Assembly (NCBI GenBank): GCA_011773465.1
Contig: WVXO01000022.1
Coordinates: 3,366-67,365 of the forward strand
DNA length: 64,000 nucleotides
From: Candidatus Aminicenantes bacterium
GTDB taxonomy: Bacteria > Acidobacteriota > Aminicenantia > Aminicenantales > Aminicenantaceae
Direction of reading: 5' to 3'
In this document: positions 44,701 to 53,499 of the stretch, in pieces
How positions within the stretch are numbered: position 1 is the stretch's first letter
Layout: every line of letters begins with the position of its first letter
The notes under the pieces: model-generated
Databases searched by the model: none
Seen by the model: only the letters and a program-made list of their open reading frames with translations
Told to the model about the DNA's origin: nothing
Translations under genes and position numbers: made by a program

Positions 44701-45052
44701 GTGGATCACAGGGTCAAAAATAAGCGTTGTGGTTTTTATAGGATCGATTCTTCTTGCTGGCATTGTGGTCAACAACGCGATAGTCCTTATTGACCTTGTC
44801 AATCAGCTGAGGTCAAAAGGAATGGAAAAAATGAAAGCCATCGTCGAAGGCAGCTGTTCTCGTCTTCGTCCTATTATCATGACCATGTTGACAACGACAT
44901 TGGCGCTTTTGCCTCTTGCCATCGGTCTAGGTGAGGGCGCTGAGGTCAGGGCACCGATGGCCATAACTGTTATCGGCGGGCTAACGGTCTCAACTCTGCT
45001 GACCTTAATCGTGATTCCCGTTGTCTACAGCATAATAGATAGAAAACCATGA
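41777..45052 (+). CDS. RND efflux permease (AcrB/CzcA superfamily), first of two
   Basis: A 1091-aa protein with a 12-TM layout, two large periplasmic loops and a typical N-terminus (..SIRRRVTVSMFTIAILLFG..). It overlaps both neighbouring genes by 4 nt. Confidence 0.93.
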   Translation: MKNLINTSIRRRVTVSMFTIAILLFGLVSFSRLKINLLPELTFPTLTIRTEYAGAAPAEIENLITKPIEEVIGVIKNVQKISSISRSGQSDVILEFGWGTDMDYAILEVREKMDSLELPLGVRRPSILRFDPSLDPIMRFGLFREKPEESQEQVIAEASKTESNAESAVSAEVFNEEELKYLRRFADEQVKKELEVALGVAAVRISGGLEDEIQIFIDQMKVAQLKLSIGTISSILRAENVNLSGGRLEEGTHQFLVRTLNQFQSVEEIGDVIVAQKNGAPIYLRDIAAVRHGFKERQAVTRMRGTEAVEIAIYKEGDANTVAVAREVDKRLSRIRRTLPSRLKLVKVYDQSTFIQQAVNEVINAAIIGGLLAIFILYFFLRKFLATLIISLSIPISVIATFNLMYGADLSLNIMSLGGIALGIGMLLDNSIVVLENISRHRDQGKNVLSAVSDGAGEVGTAVTASTLTTIAVFFPLVFVKGVAGQLFRDQALTITFALMVSLLVALTLIPMMASLEGRRREIIKPQEIGKPRKGIRKLLRNIRKFIFTTIPVFLFKLVFRLSRIISRVFLFLLKPFLNTFSKGYAIVEKRYLPFLRWALGHRGIVLVVAAGFFLITLLLIPKLGIELIPQLSQGEFRIEFRLPPGTPLERTDQTIAAVQRSVNEIENVKMSFSVAGSGNRFDTNPEHGGENWGELNVAMAPGSSRMNEEQAMTEIRGGLENLPGLQYKFYRPTLFTFKTPIEIEIAGYDLKKLKRVSDEIVEQMRSIERFADVKSSMEKGHPEIQIHFDRERASALGLNVYEIADRVVKKVRGEVATRYAWHDRKIDVLVRVSEEDRASISDIHDLIINPESERPVPLDAVANILVGTGPDEIRRVDQERVALVSANLTYGDLGTAARELAGIINNMDLPEDIAASVSGQNEEMEVSFRSLQFALLLAVFLVYLVMASQFESFLHPFVIIFTIPLAFIGAVFALWITGSKISVVVFIGSILLAGIVVNNAIVLIDLVNQLRSKGMEKMKAIVEGSCSRLRPIIMTMLTTTLALLPLAIGLGEGAEVRAPMAITVIGGLTVSTLLTLIVIPVVYSIIDRKP

Positions 45053-48000
45053 AAATAACAGATTTTTCACTCCGCCGTCCTGTGATGACCCTTATGATAT
45101 TTTTGTCTTTTGTTGTTATCGGCTTGATTTCTTCCAGACTCCTTCCTCTTGAGTTTTTCCCTGAGCTGGATGCTCCTTATGTCTCCGTCTACATTCCTTA
45201 TCCTAATTCAACACCTGAAGAGGTCGAGCGTGAGATAACTCGACCTGTAGAGGAAATTTTGGCCACTATTAGCGATGTTAAGCGCATGGGCTCAACTTCT
45301 TCAGAGAATTCATCCAACATTTTCCTTGAATTCGAGTGGGGAATTGACACAGACGTTAAAACCATTGAAACCAAGGAAAGGATAGAAAGCATCCGCAGCC
45401 AGCTTCCCTTGGATGTAGAAAGGATTTCAATACAGAAGTTCAATACTGCTGATATGCCAATTCTAATAATGAGAATATCAAGCAAGCGAGATCTTTCCAA
45501 CTCGTATGATATGCTCAACCGCCTGCTGAAGCGCAGGATTGAACGCATTAGAGGGATTTCCAAGGTTGAGATGTATGGAGTAGAAAAAAAGCAGATACTT
45601 ATTCAACTTTTGGCTGACCGCATAATAGCTCACCAGATTGACCTCAATCGTTTATCCCAAGTCCTAAGAAACAGCAATTTTATGGTAACAGCCGGTCGTA
45701 TCACTGATTCTAACAGACGCTTTACGGTCAGGCCCATGGGAGAAATCAGTACAGTCGATGAAATCAACAACCTGATCGTTGGAGATAACGGTCTTAAACT
45801 TAGGGATATCGCTCATGTTAGTCATGAGATGCCAGAGCTGGATTATGGAAGACATCTCAACCAAACCTATGCCATCGGTCTGAATGTTTTTAAGGAAAGT
45901 GGTGCAAATATAGTCGATGTCGGAAGGAGTGTTAAAGAGACGATAACAGAAATCAGTAAAGACCCGAGAATGGAAGGAATCAGTCTTTACTTGATGGATG
46001 ATCTGTCCGAAGGAATCGTAAGCTCTCTCAATGAGCTCCTCAAAGCCGGTTTATTGGGAGCAGCCTTGGCCATAATAGTCCTTTTTCTGTTTCTTCGCCA
46101 ATGGTCTACTACTTTCATTGTTGTCCTTGCGGTTCCGTTTTCCTTGCTTGTCACGCTTGCCTTTATGTATTTTATGAACCTCTCACTCAACATCCTCTCC
46201 ATGCTGGGCCTTCTCCTGGCTGTGGGGATGCTGGTGGATAACGCTGTCGTGGTTACGGAGAATATCTACCGTTATCAAAAGCTAAATCCGGGCAAAAAAA
46301 ATACGACTATCTCTGCTGTGAAGGAAGTTGCCCTGGCCATCACTGCCGGAACTTCGACAACTGCTATTGTTTTTCTGCCCAATATCATAAGTAGCAAAAA
46401 CGAAATCGCCATCTATATAAAGCACGTAGCCTTATCTTTATGTGTTGCTCTCGGTGCTTCCCTGATACTGGCGCAAACCGTTGTCCCCCTTCTGGCCTCG
46501 CGGATTAAGACTTCTCCTTTAAACCAGAAAAAACGTTGGATCGATAGGCTTATTTCTCGGTATAAAAAAATTCTTAGCTGGTTGCTTAAACACAGAAAAA
46601 CCTCAGTTGGTATTCTTCTTTTAACCCTTTTCAGTATCGCTATACCCATAAAGTTCGTAAAAAGTGACATGTTCCCTGAACAGGAACAACGAAGGCTTTA
46701 TCTAGAGTATAACATCAATGATACCTACACCGTTGAAAGAGTTGAAGAGGCTGTGAATAAAGTCGAAGATTATCTTTTTGCCAACAAAGACAAGTTTGAA
46801 ATCGAATCTGTTTACAGTTATTATACGCCAAATTACAGCTTATCTACTATTATTCTCAAAGAAGGTAGAGAAGCAAAAAAATCCCAGAAAACAATTAGCG
46901 AGGAAATAGTCAGCGGTCTGCCTGAAATCACTGTGGGCAATGTCTCGTTTGAAAGAAGGCGATCAGGAGGAAGCACAGACGACCTGAACATCTACTTGGT
47001 CGGAAGTTCTACAGAACAGCTGATAAATCTATCTCACGAAGTCGCCTGGACACTGGGAAAAATTCCGGGATTTAAAGATGTCCGGTCTCGAGCTTCAGTG
47101 GGCAGTAAAGAAGTCCTTGTTGTAGTCAACCGGGAACGAGCCAAAAAATATGGTTTTTCGCCTCAGGAGGTCGCTAGCAATATTGCTGTTGCCATGCGGG
47201 GAGTTAATCTGCGACGTATGCATGATGAAGAAGGCGAAATTGAGGTGAGGGTAGAATTCCAGAAGGAAGATAAGAGAAACCTGGAACAGCTCCAGAATAT
47301 CAGTCTTTTTGGAGAAAACAACAATCCTGTCAAACTCTCTACTCTGGCCGATTTTACAGTCAGACAAGGACCACCCAGCATACGTAGAGAAAACCGCATA
47401 ACATCACTGGGGATTGCAATAAATTTAGAGGATTTAACGGTAAATGAAGCCAAGAAGAAAATCAGCAAGGTCTTAGGCCAGTATAATTTTCCTCCGGGTG
47501 TTAGCTGGAACTATGGACGAAGCTTTGATTTTGAAGGAGAAGCAGTTAAAACCATGTTGATCAACACTCTTCTGGCACTGGCTTTGATCTATTTTGTGAT
47601 GGCTTCTCTTTTTGAATCGTTAGTATTCCCTGGTGCTATCTGGACTTCCATCATCTTTGCTGTTGTCGGTGTCTGGTGGTTTTTCCTCGTAACTGGCACT
47701 ATTTTCGATCTCATGGCCTGGATGGGAGTTTTGATATTAATCGGTGTTGTGGTCAACAACGGTATCGTGTTGATCGATCATATCAACCAACTCCGTGCCC
47801 AAGGATTAAGCCGGTATGAAGCCATCGTCCAGGCAGGCGGCAACCGAATTCGCCCGATTTTGATGACAGCGGGAACAACAATACTCAGTCTCGTTCCTCT
47901 TTGCTTCACCACTGTCGCCATCGGCGGAAACGGCCCTCCGTATTTTCCGATGGCCAGGGCCATAGTCGGAGGCCTGGCTTTCTCAACCCTGGTCACGCTG

Positions 48001-48081
48001 ATCATACTGCCAGAGATATATCTTTTGCTGGATGATTTGCGCCAGTGGTCCCGACGCATTCTAAGCTCTGCCTTGAAATAA
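45049..48081 (+). CDS. RND efflux permease (AcrB/CzcA superfamily), second of two
   Basis: A 1010-aa protein with the same architecture (FSLRRPVMTLMIFLSFVVIG...). It is a tandem paralogue arrangement like MdtBC. Confidence 0.93.
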   Translation: MKITDFSLRRPVMTLMIFLSFVVIGLISSRLLPLEFFPELDAPYVSVYIPYPNSTPEEVEREITRPVEEILATISDVKRMGSTSSENSSNIFLEFEWGIDTDVKTIETKERIESIRSQLPLDVERISIQKFNTADMPILIMRISSKRDLSNSYDMLNRLLKRRIERIRGISKVEMYGVEKKQILIQLLADRIIAHQIDLNRLSQVLRNSNFMVTAGRITDSNRRFTVRPMGEISTVDEINNLIVGDNGLKLRDIAHVSHEMPELDYGRHLNQTYAIGLNVFKESGANIVDVGRSVKETITEISKDPRMEGISLYLMDDLSEGIVSSLNELLKAGLLGAALAIIVLFLFLRQWSTTFIVVLAVPFSLLVTLAFMYFMNLSLNILSMLGLLLAVGMLVDNAVVVTENIYRYQKLNPGKKNTTISAVKEVALAITAGTSTTAIVFLPNIISSKNEIAIYIKHVALSLCVALGASLILAQTVVPLLASRIKTSPLNQKKRWIDRLISRYKKILSWLLKHRKTSVGILLLTLFSIAIPIKFVKSDMFPEQEQRRLYLEYNINDTYTVERVEEAVNKVEDYLFANKDKFEIESVYSYYTPNYSLSTIILKEGREAKKSQKTISEEIVSGLPEITVGNVSFERRRSGGSTDDLNIYLVGSSTEQLINLSHEVAWTLGKIPGFKDVRSRASVGSKEVLVVVNRERAKKYGFSPQEVASNIAVAMRGVNLRRMHDEEGEIEVRVEFQKEDKRNLEQLQNISLFGENNNPVKLSTLADFTVRQGPPSIRRENRITSLGIAINLEDLTVNEAKKKISKVLGQYNFPPGVSWNYGRSFDFEGEAVKTMLINTLLALALIYFVMASLFESLVFPGAIWTSIIFAVVGVWWFFLVTGTIFDLMAWMGVLILIGVVVNNGIVLIDHINQLRAQGLSRYEAIVQAGGNRIRPILMTAGTTILSLVPLCFTTVAIGGNGPPYFPMARAIVGGLAFSTLVTLIILPEIYLLLDDLRQWSRRILSSALK

Positions 48082-48131
48082 TCCCTTCTCAGTTTCATTA
48101 AAAATAGATTTAACTATTTTCAAAAGACTTT

Positions 48132-48156
48132 AAAATGGGGCCAGGCCCCATTTTTT
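48132..48156 (+). terminator. Family-B hairpin AAAATGGGGCCAGGCCCCATTTTTT after the RND operon
   Basis: A perfect 8-bp GC-rich stem with a T6 tail lies 50 nt after the stop. A partial second copy (GCCAGGCCCCATTTTTT) follows at 48157-48173. Confidence 0.65.
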
Positions 48157-48175
48157 GCCAGGCCCCATTTTTTGG

Positions 48176-48264
48176 GAAAAAAGGGGTAGGTTACTTTTTT
48201 TAAATATGTGGGTTTGATAAATCAAACCCCTACGAAATTTATGGAAAAGTAGCCCGTCCCCTTT
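48176..48264. repeat. Family-A MITE-like element enclosing a family-C palindrome
   Basis: The left arm is GAAAAAAGGGGTAGGTTACTTTTTT (48176-48200) and the right arm is GGAAAAGTAGCCCGTCCCCTTT (48243-48264). The centre holds GTGGGTTTGATAAATCAAACCCCTAC (48208-48233). Confidence 0.6.
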
Positions 48265-48375
48265 ATCTACCCTTTTTCTGCTCTTGAAATTATTGCTGCT
48301 CTTAAAATAGAATGTTACCAAATTGATAATCGATAAAAAAATGAGCGTCTATAATATCAAATTGAAGGATATAAA

Positions 48376-49191
48376 ATGAAAGTAATAGATCTGGCAGATG
48401 AATACAAAGAATTATATTTTGTTTGCCTTGAAGATTGGTCTGAGGAGATGAAAGAAGCAGGGAGCCATAAAGAGGACTGGTACAATAAAATGAAGAACAA
48501 GGACCTCAGGGTAAAACTGGCAACGGACGATTATGGAATGGTTGGGGGAATGATCCAATACATGCCCATTGAACACGCCTTCGCCGAAGGAAAGAACCTC
48601 TATTTCATCCATTGTATCTGGGTCCACGGGTATAAGAAAGGAAGAGGTAATTTCCGGAAGAAGGGGATGGGCAAGGCTTTGCTTAGAGCAACTGAAGAGG
48701 ATGCAAAAGAAAGGGATGCGAAAGGAATCGTCGCCTGGGGGATTTCTTTGCCGTTCTGGATGAAAGCTTCGTGGTTCAAGAAGCATGGATACAAAAAGGT
48801 AGATAATATAAGAGGACGAGTTCTGCTGTGGAAACCTTTCACAGATGATGCCGTTCCTCCCAAATGGATAAAGGAAAAGAAAAAGCCTGAAGCTTCACCT
48901 GACAGAGTTACAGTGACATCATTCCGTAATGGATGGTGTCCTGCCCAAAACATCGTTTTCGAAAGGGCAAAAAGGGCTGCCCAGGAGTTTGGAGATAAAG
49001 TTGAATTTCGTGAAATCGACACTTTGGATAGAGATGTCTTTTTAGAATGGGGTATTGCCGATGCGTTGTTCATAGACGATAAAAAGGTGCGAACTGGACC
49101 TCCGCCTTCGTTTGAAAAAATAAGGAAAAAAATAGCAAAAAGAGCTAAAAAGCTAAAGAAAGAAAGCAATCTCATATCCTTTTATCCATGA
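48376..49191 (+). CDS. GNAT-family N-acetyltransferase fused to a small thioredoxin-like/YoaP-like C-terminal domain
   Basis: It has a GNAT core (IWVHGYKKGRGNFRKKGMGKALL = acetyl-CoA-binding Q/RxxGxG/A-like). The C-terminal part VTVTSFRNGWCPAQN...EFREIDT resembles single-Cys thioredoxin-fold modules. The assignment is from memory. Confidence 0.6.
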   Translation: MKVIDLADEYKELYFVCLEDWSEEMKEAGSHKEDWYNKMKNKDLRVKLATDDYGMVGGMIQYMPIEHAFAEGKNLYFIHCIWVHGYKKGRGNFRKKGMGKALLRATEEDAKERDAKGIVAWGISLPFWMKASWFKKHGYKKVDNIRGRVLLWKPFTDDAVPPKWIKEKKKPEASPDRVTVTSFRNGWCPAQNIVFERAKRAAQEFGDKVEFREIDTLDRDVFLEWGIADALFIDDKKVRTGPPPSFEKIRKKIAKRAKKLKKESNLISFYP

Positions 49192-49246
49192 TTTGCCCTG
49201 TTCATAGCCAAAAGCGTCCAAAATAAGCGACAGGCCTTTTTGACGT

Positions 49247-49269
49247 TTTTATAACTGTGGGTTATAAAA
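49247..49269. promoter_or_regulatory. Perfect palindrome TTTTATAAC-N5-GTTATAAAA (operator candidate 1)
   Basis: It has 9-bp perfect arms and a 5-nt spacer (TGTGG), 143 nt upstream of the nuclease ATG. Confidence 0.5.
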
Positions 49270-49290
49270 TTATTAAAAAATCTAGAAATT

Positions 49291-49307
49291 TATAACTCCG
49301 AGTTATA
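49291..49307. promoter_or_regulatory. Palindrome TATAAC-N5-GTTATA (operator candidate 2)
   Basis: It has the same half-site and spacer length as candidate 1, with centres 41 bp apart. It abuts a possible -35 TTGCAT (49310-49315), with TATATC 18 nt further on. Confidence 0.45.
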
Positions 49308-49411
49308 TTTTGCATGTTTTAGTTTGGTCAGAATATATCTAATATATTTAGAGAAAATATAGACCTCTCAAATCAAGATTCTATGTCAGAGAAGAGGAGG
49401 AGGAAATAAAG

Positions 49412-50626
49412 ATGAGCAACCCATATTCGTTCAGTAAAATAGGAAGCTTTGAGACGTGCAAATTACAGTATAAGTACAGATACATTGATAAATTAAAGCT
49501 TAGAGTTGAGACCATAGAAGCATTTATGGGGATTGTAGTCCATGAGGCGTTGAAAGAGTTTTATGATCTTGTGAAAAACAAAATAATTAAGCCTAAAAAA
49601 TGGCTGCTTTCTAAATATGACGAACTATGGAAAAAAGGCTACAAGGACTCGATAAAAATTGTGAAAAAAGAGTTTTCTGCTGAGGATTATTATGAAAAAG
49701 GGAAAAAATGCTTGATGGATTACTATGAAGAGTACAAGCCTTTCGGCCAGACAAAGATTGTGAAAACAGAGGAGTCTGTCTTTTTCAATTTAAAACATAA
49801 TTCTGATGAATACAAATTTACCGGAGTAATTGACCGCCTGGATTGGAACGATAAAGAAAAAATATTTGAAATCCATGATTACAAGACTTCTGCGTCACTG
49901 ATGACTCAAGAGGAGGCAGGCCAGGATTTTCAACTGCCCCTTTATCAACTTGCTCTGCTCAGCATGTGGCCAGAAGCTGAGAAGGCAAAACTTATCTGGC
50001 ATTATCTTCTTTTTAATAAGCAGATCGAATCTTCGAGGACAAAAGAACAATTGATGGAGGTACAAAGCATCGCTGTAGATAAGATAAAGGCAATCGAAGC
50101 TTGCGAGGAATTTCCTCCCCATAAAAGCGCTCTCTGTGATTGGTGTGATTTTCAGCAGGTCTGCCCGCTGTGGAAGCATCCGAAGAAGATGGAAGAGCTG
50201 GACGAGAATGAATACAGAAAAGATCCCGGAGTGAAATTAGTAACCAGCTACTCAGAGTTAGAAGAGGAAAAGAAGCAATTTAAAACGAAAATAGAAGAAA
50301 TAGAGCGGGAGCAGGCAAAAATAGCAGAGGCTGCCATAGAATTTGCGGAGAAAGAAGACAGCTGGGTTATAGATGGCCCTGATAAGCAGTTGGTCGTGAC
50401 AGTGAAAGAAGAGCTCGGGGCGCCATCTCGAAAGGAAGACACTGAGAAGTGGGAAGGATTACGAAATATTTTAATAGAGAGTGATAAATATGTTGACGTC
50501 TCAACCGTAAATAGTAATATGTTAAACAAGATGCTAAAAAGCTGGCCTCAAGAATTCATCGATAAAATAAAAGGCTTCCTAAGCAAAAAGACCATAAAAA
50601 AAGTGGATTTAAAAAACAAAACGTAA
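49412..50626 (+). CDS. PD-(D/E)XK nuclease with Cas4/AddB-type Fe-S cysteines and coiled-coil C-terminal extension
   Basis: It has the N-terminal SFSKIGSFETCKLQYKYRYI, the core IDRLD...EIHDYKTS (D...E/D.K), and the Cys pattern C16...C-x2-C-x5-C (CDWCDFQQVC). Its RBS is GAGGAGGAGG. Confidence 0.78.
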   Translation: MSNPYSFSKIGSFETCKLQYKYRYIDKLKLRVETIEAFMGIVVHEALKEFYDLVKNKIIKPKKWLLSKYDELWKKGYKDSIKIVKKEFSAEDYYEKGKKCLMDYYEEYKPFGQTKIVKTEESVFFNLKHNSDEYKFTGVIDRLDWNDKEKIFEIHDYKTSASLMTQEEAGQDFQLPLYQLALLSMWPEAEKAKLIWHYLLFNKQIESSRTKEQLMEVQSIAVDKIKAIEACEEFPPHKSALCDWCDFQQVCPLWKHPKKMEELDENEYRKDPGVKLVTSYSELEEEKKQFKTKIEEIEREQAKIAEAAIEFAEKEDSWVIDGPDKQLVVTVKEELGAPSRKEDTEKWEGLRNILIESDKYVDVSTVNSNMLNKMLKSWPQEFIDKIKGFLSKKTIKKVDLKNKT

Positions 50627-50661
50627 GAAAAAATCAGTGAAACAGATTAGTTCAATCCAAT

Positions 50662-51207
50662 ATGCATAAAGATAAATATAAAAAAATGGATAAAAAAAGG
50701 AGGACCTCGAATATGCTAATCCCAACGATAGTCATGGCTGTTTTTGCCATCATTCTCCTTTACATCGGATATTCAAAAGGGCAGGGACAGCACATCACCG
50801 GCCTAAAAATCGCTCTCAAGATAACAGCACAGATTGTTCCGTTATTGATTTTTGCCTTTATCATGGCTGGAATGATTCAGACTCTTTTGCCTCGTGAACT
50901 CATATCCAAGTGGATAGGGGAGGAGTCTGGCATACGAGGGATATTAATCGGTACACTTGCTGGAGGAATAACACCAGGGGGGCCTTATGTAAGTTTGCCA
51001 GTTGCTGCTGGATTCCTGCGTGCTGGCGCTGGAGTAGGAACCATGGTTGCTTTTGTAACAGCCTGGTCATTATGGGCAGTTGCTCGCTTGCCCATGGAAA
51101 TCGGGATATTGGGGTGGAAATTTACAGCTGTTCGCCTTGTTTGTACCTTTTTCTTTCCCCCTATTGCTGGTTTTATAGCGCAGCTGTTTTTTTCAGGCTT
51201 CAAGTGA
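50662..51207 (+). CDS. Half-size permease (DUF318/ArsP-like family)
   Basis: It has ~5 TM segments. GTLAGGITPGGPYVSLPVAAGFLRAGAGVGTMVAFVTAW resembles the conserved core of predicted-permease PF03773-type proteins (from memory). The start is uncertain. Confidence 0.55.
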   Translation: MHKDKYKKMDKKRRTSNMLIPTIVMAVFAIILLYIGYSKGQGQHITGLKIALKITAQIVPLLIFAFIMAGMIQTLLPRELISKWIGEESGIRGILIGTLAGGITPGGPYVSLPVAAGFLRAGAGVGTMVAFVTAWSLWAVARLPMEIGILGWKFTAVRLVCTFFFPPIAGFIAQLFFSGFK

Positions 51208-51367
51208 ATATTCATGGGGCCTAGTCTTTAAGGAACTTTTTAAAAAATCATCCGTAATTAATTTTGAGGATTTTTATCTTATATACAAGAGAGAAAAGCC
51301 TAGCGTTAAAAACTAAAATTATTAAATTTGAACAGATTAATCTTGCATACGGAGAAGGAGGGAAAAA

Positions 51368-53482
51368 ATGGAAAATAAGAAATCATACTTTAAATTGCTG
51401 TTTTTCATACTCACTCTGTCGTTTATTGGCTCTGCTGCGCTGGTTGGCGAGGAGAGGATAAGCAACGTCCGGTATGAAATATGGGTAGAGCTGGATGATC
51501 AAAACAAAATGCTCCACGGAAAAGAGAATATCACCTGGCTCAATAACACTCGAGATGATGTCCAGGATATGTGGTTTCATCTTTATTATAATGCTTTTAA
51601 AAACGAGATGAGCACCAAGATCCAAGAATCAAAAGAGGAATGGTTTGAAGCGTTTAGAATTAAGATAAAAGAAGGAAAATGGGGCTGGGTAGATGTTACG
51701 AGTATTAATCTTGTTGATGGCACAGATTTAAAGCCGACTATGGAATTTATCACCCAAGACAAGCCCGTTCACCCAGATGACCAGACAGTCATGCGAGTTT
51801 TTTTCCCTGAGCCTGTAAAACCAGGCGAGGAGGTTCATCTCCAACTTGAATTTGAGTCAAAAATTCCAATGTCGGTTAGTCGTTCAAGCTATTACCAGAA
51901 TTCTTATTTTATCGCCCAGTGGTTCCCAAAGCCTGGAGTTTACGAAGAAGGAAAAGGCTGGAACTGTCATGAGTATCATCTTGACTCTGAGTTTTACGCG
52001 GATTTTGCGGAGTTCACAGTCCATATCACTGTGCCTGAAGCTTTTGTGGTGGGAGCCTCAGGCAAGCAGATAAAATCTGTTCCTGATGAGGAGAAAAAAA
52101 CAGTAACCTATACTTTTTACCAGGAAAATATTCACGATTTTGCTTGGACAGCTAACCCTGATTTTATCAAAGTCGAGCGCGATTTTATCGCTTCTGAAGA
52201 AGTAAGTCCTGAAGAATACGAGGAAGTCGCCCGCATGCTCCAGCTGCCGGTGGAAGAAGTCAAACTTCCTGATGTCAAGATGATTCTTCTCATCGAGCCC
52301 GAGCATAAATCGCAGATCGACCGCCATTTTAAAGCCTTGAGGATGGCCATAAAGTATTACGGCCTCTGGTATGGTCCTTATCCTTATGAAACCGTGACCA
52401 TGGTTGATCCCCCTTTCAGGACTCGTAGCGGAGGAATGGAATATCCGACCTTTTTCACCGCTGGAACACGTATCCTAACAAGCAAAAAGGTACTTTCCCC
52501 TGAAAGTGTCATTGTCCATGAATTTGGACATGGATATTGGTACGGATTATGTGCGAATAATGAATTCGAGGAGGCATGGCTTGATGAAGGGATCAACAGC
52601 TACTCTGAAGGAAAAGTTTTAACTATAGCCTACGGACCGGGTGCCATGCCAATGTCGTTTCAAAGGATTCCTCTCTCTTGGTTTTGTAAGCTTCCCGAAT
52701 ATTACAACTATGAATTGGAAAGGGCAGTAGCAATCCATGTTGTTGAGCTTGATCCGATCACAACTATCTCCTGGAAATTTCATGACAGAGGAAGTTATGC
52801 ATTAAACGTCTACTTTCGTGCTTCAATCTGTCTACACACTCTAGAAGGATTGGTTGGGCAAGAGATGATGCTCCGGATTCTCCGGGCATTCCAGATGCGT
52901 TTCCGCTACAAGCATCCCCAGACCCAAGATTTCATCGATGTGGTTAATGAAATAACAGGAAGAGACATGAGCTGGTTTTTTGAAGAATTGTTTTTTAGTA
53001 CTTTAAATTTTGATTATGGGATATCTTCAATCTCATCTAAAGAGAAAAAAAAGTATGCTCGTGGTGTTTTCGATGTAGATGGTGAAAAAGAAGAGATCAC
53101 TTCAAAGAGAATAAAGAAAATGGAAAAAGAAGATAAAAAATCCGACGATAAGAAGCTTTACATTACTGAGGTAAAAGTCAGGCGGTTTGGTGAAGCCCGA
53201 GTGCGGGGCGATACAATCATGAAAATTAAAGTCGTTTTTGAAGATGACTCAGAAGAAGTAATAAACTGGAGAGGACAGGAAAGGTGGAAAAAGTTCACCT
53301 TTGAAAAGACGGCAAAGGCCAAGTATGCTCAGATAGATCCAGACAATATCTGGCTTATTGATTCCAACCTGACTAATAATAGTCTCAAGAGGAAGCCGTC
53401 TCGAAAGGGCATTTTTAAGGTTGCCACTGAGCTTCTCTTCCTGATACAAAATTACATTCAATGTGCCGCCTCTGTGAGCTGA
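51368..53482 (+). CDS. Secreted M1-family zinc metallopeptidase
   Basis: It has a signal peptide and the HEFGHGYW...x18...WLDEG zinc site (HExxH-x18-E). The C-terminal region is K/E-rich. Confidence 0.88.
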   Translation: MENKKSYFKLLFFILTLSFIGSAALVGEERISNVRYEIWVELDDQNKMLHGKENITWLNNTRDDVQDMWFHLYYNAFKNEMSTKIQESKEEWFEAFRIKIKEGKWGWVDVTSINLVDGTDLKPTMEFITQDKPVHPDDQTVMRVFFPEPVKPGEEVHLQLEFESKIPMSVSRSSYYQNSYFIAQWFPKPGVYEEGKGWNCHEYHLDSEFYADFAEFTVHITVPEAFVVGASGKQIKSVPDEEKKTVTYTFYQENIHDFAWTANPDFIKVERDFIASEEVSPEEYEEVARMLQLPVEEVKLPDVKMILLIEPEHKSQIDRHFKALRMAIKYYGLWYGPYPYETVTMVDPPFRTRSGGMEYPTFFTAGTRILTSKKVLSPESVIVHEFGHGYWYGLCANNEFEEAWLDEGINSYSEGKVLTIAYGPGAMPMSFQRIPLSWFCKLPEYYNYELERAVAIHVVELDPITTISWKFHDRGSYALNVYFRASICLHTLEGLVGQEMMLRILRAFQMRFRYKHPQTQDFIDVVNEITGRDMSWFFEELFFSTLNFDYGISSISSKEKKKYARGVFDVDGEKEEITSKRIKKMEKEDKKSDDKKLYITEVKVRRFGEARVRGDTIMKIKVVFEDDSEEVINWRGQERWKKFTFEKTAKAKYAQIDPDNIWLIDSNLTNNSLKRKPSRKGIFKVATELLFLIQNYIQCAASVS

Positions 53483-53499
53483 AAGGAAAGGAGAAGGAA

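Noticed and set aside
48130-48321. 63-aa minus-strand ORF
   Set aside because: It is built entirely from family A/B/C repeat sequence (..MGPGKKWGLAPF). Artefacts like this are typical of repeat translation.
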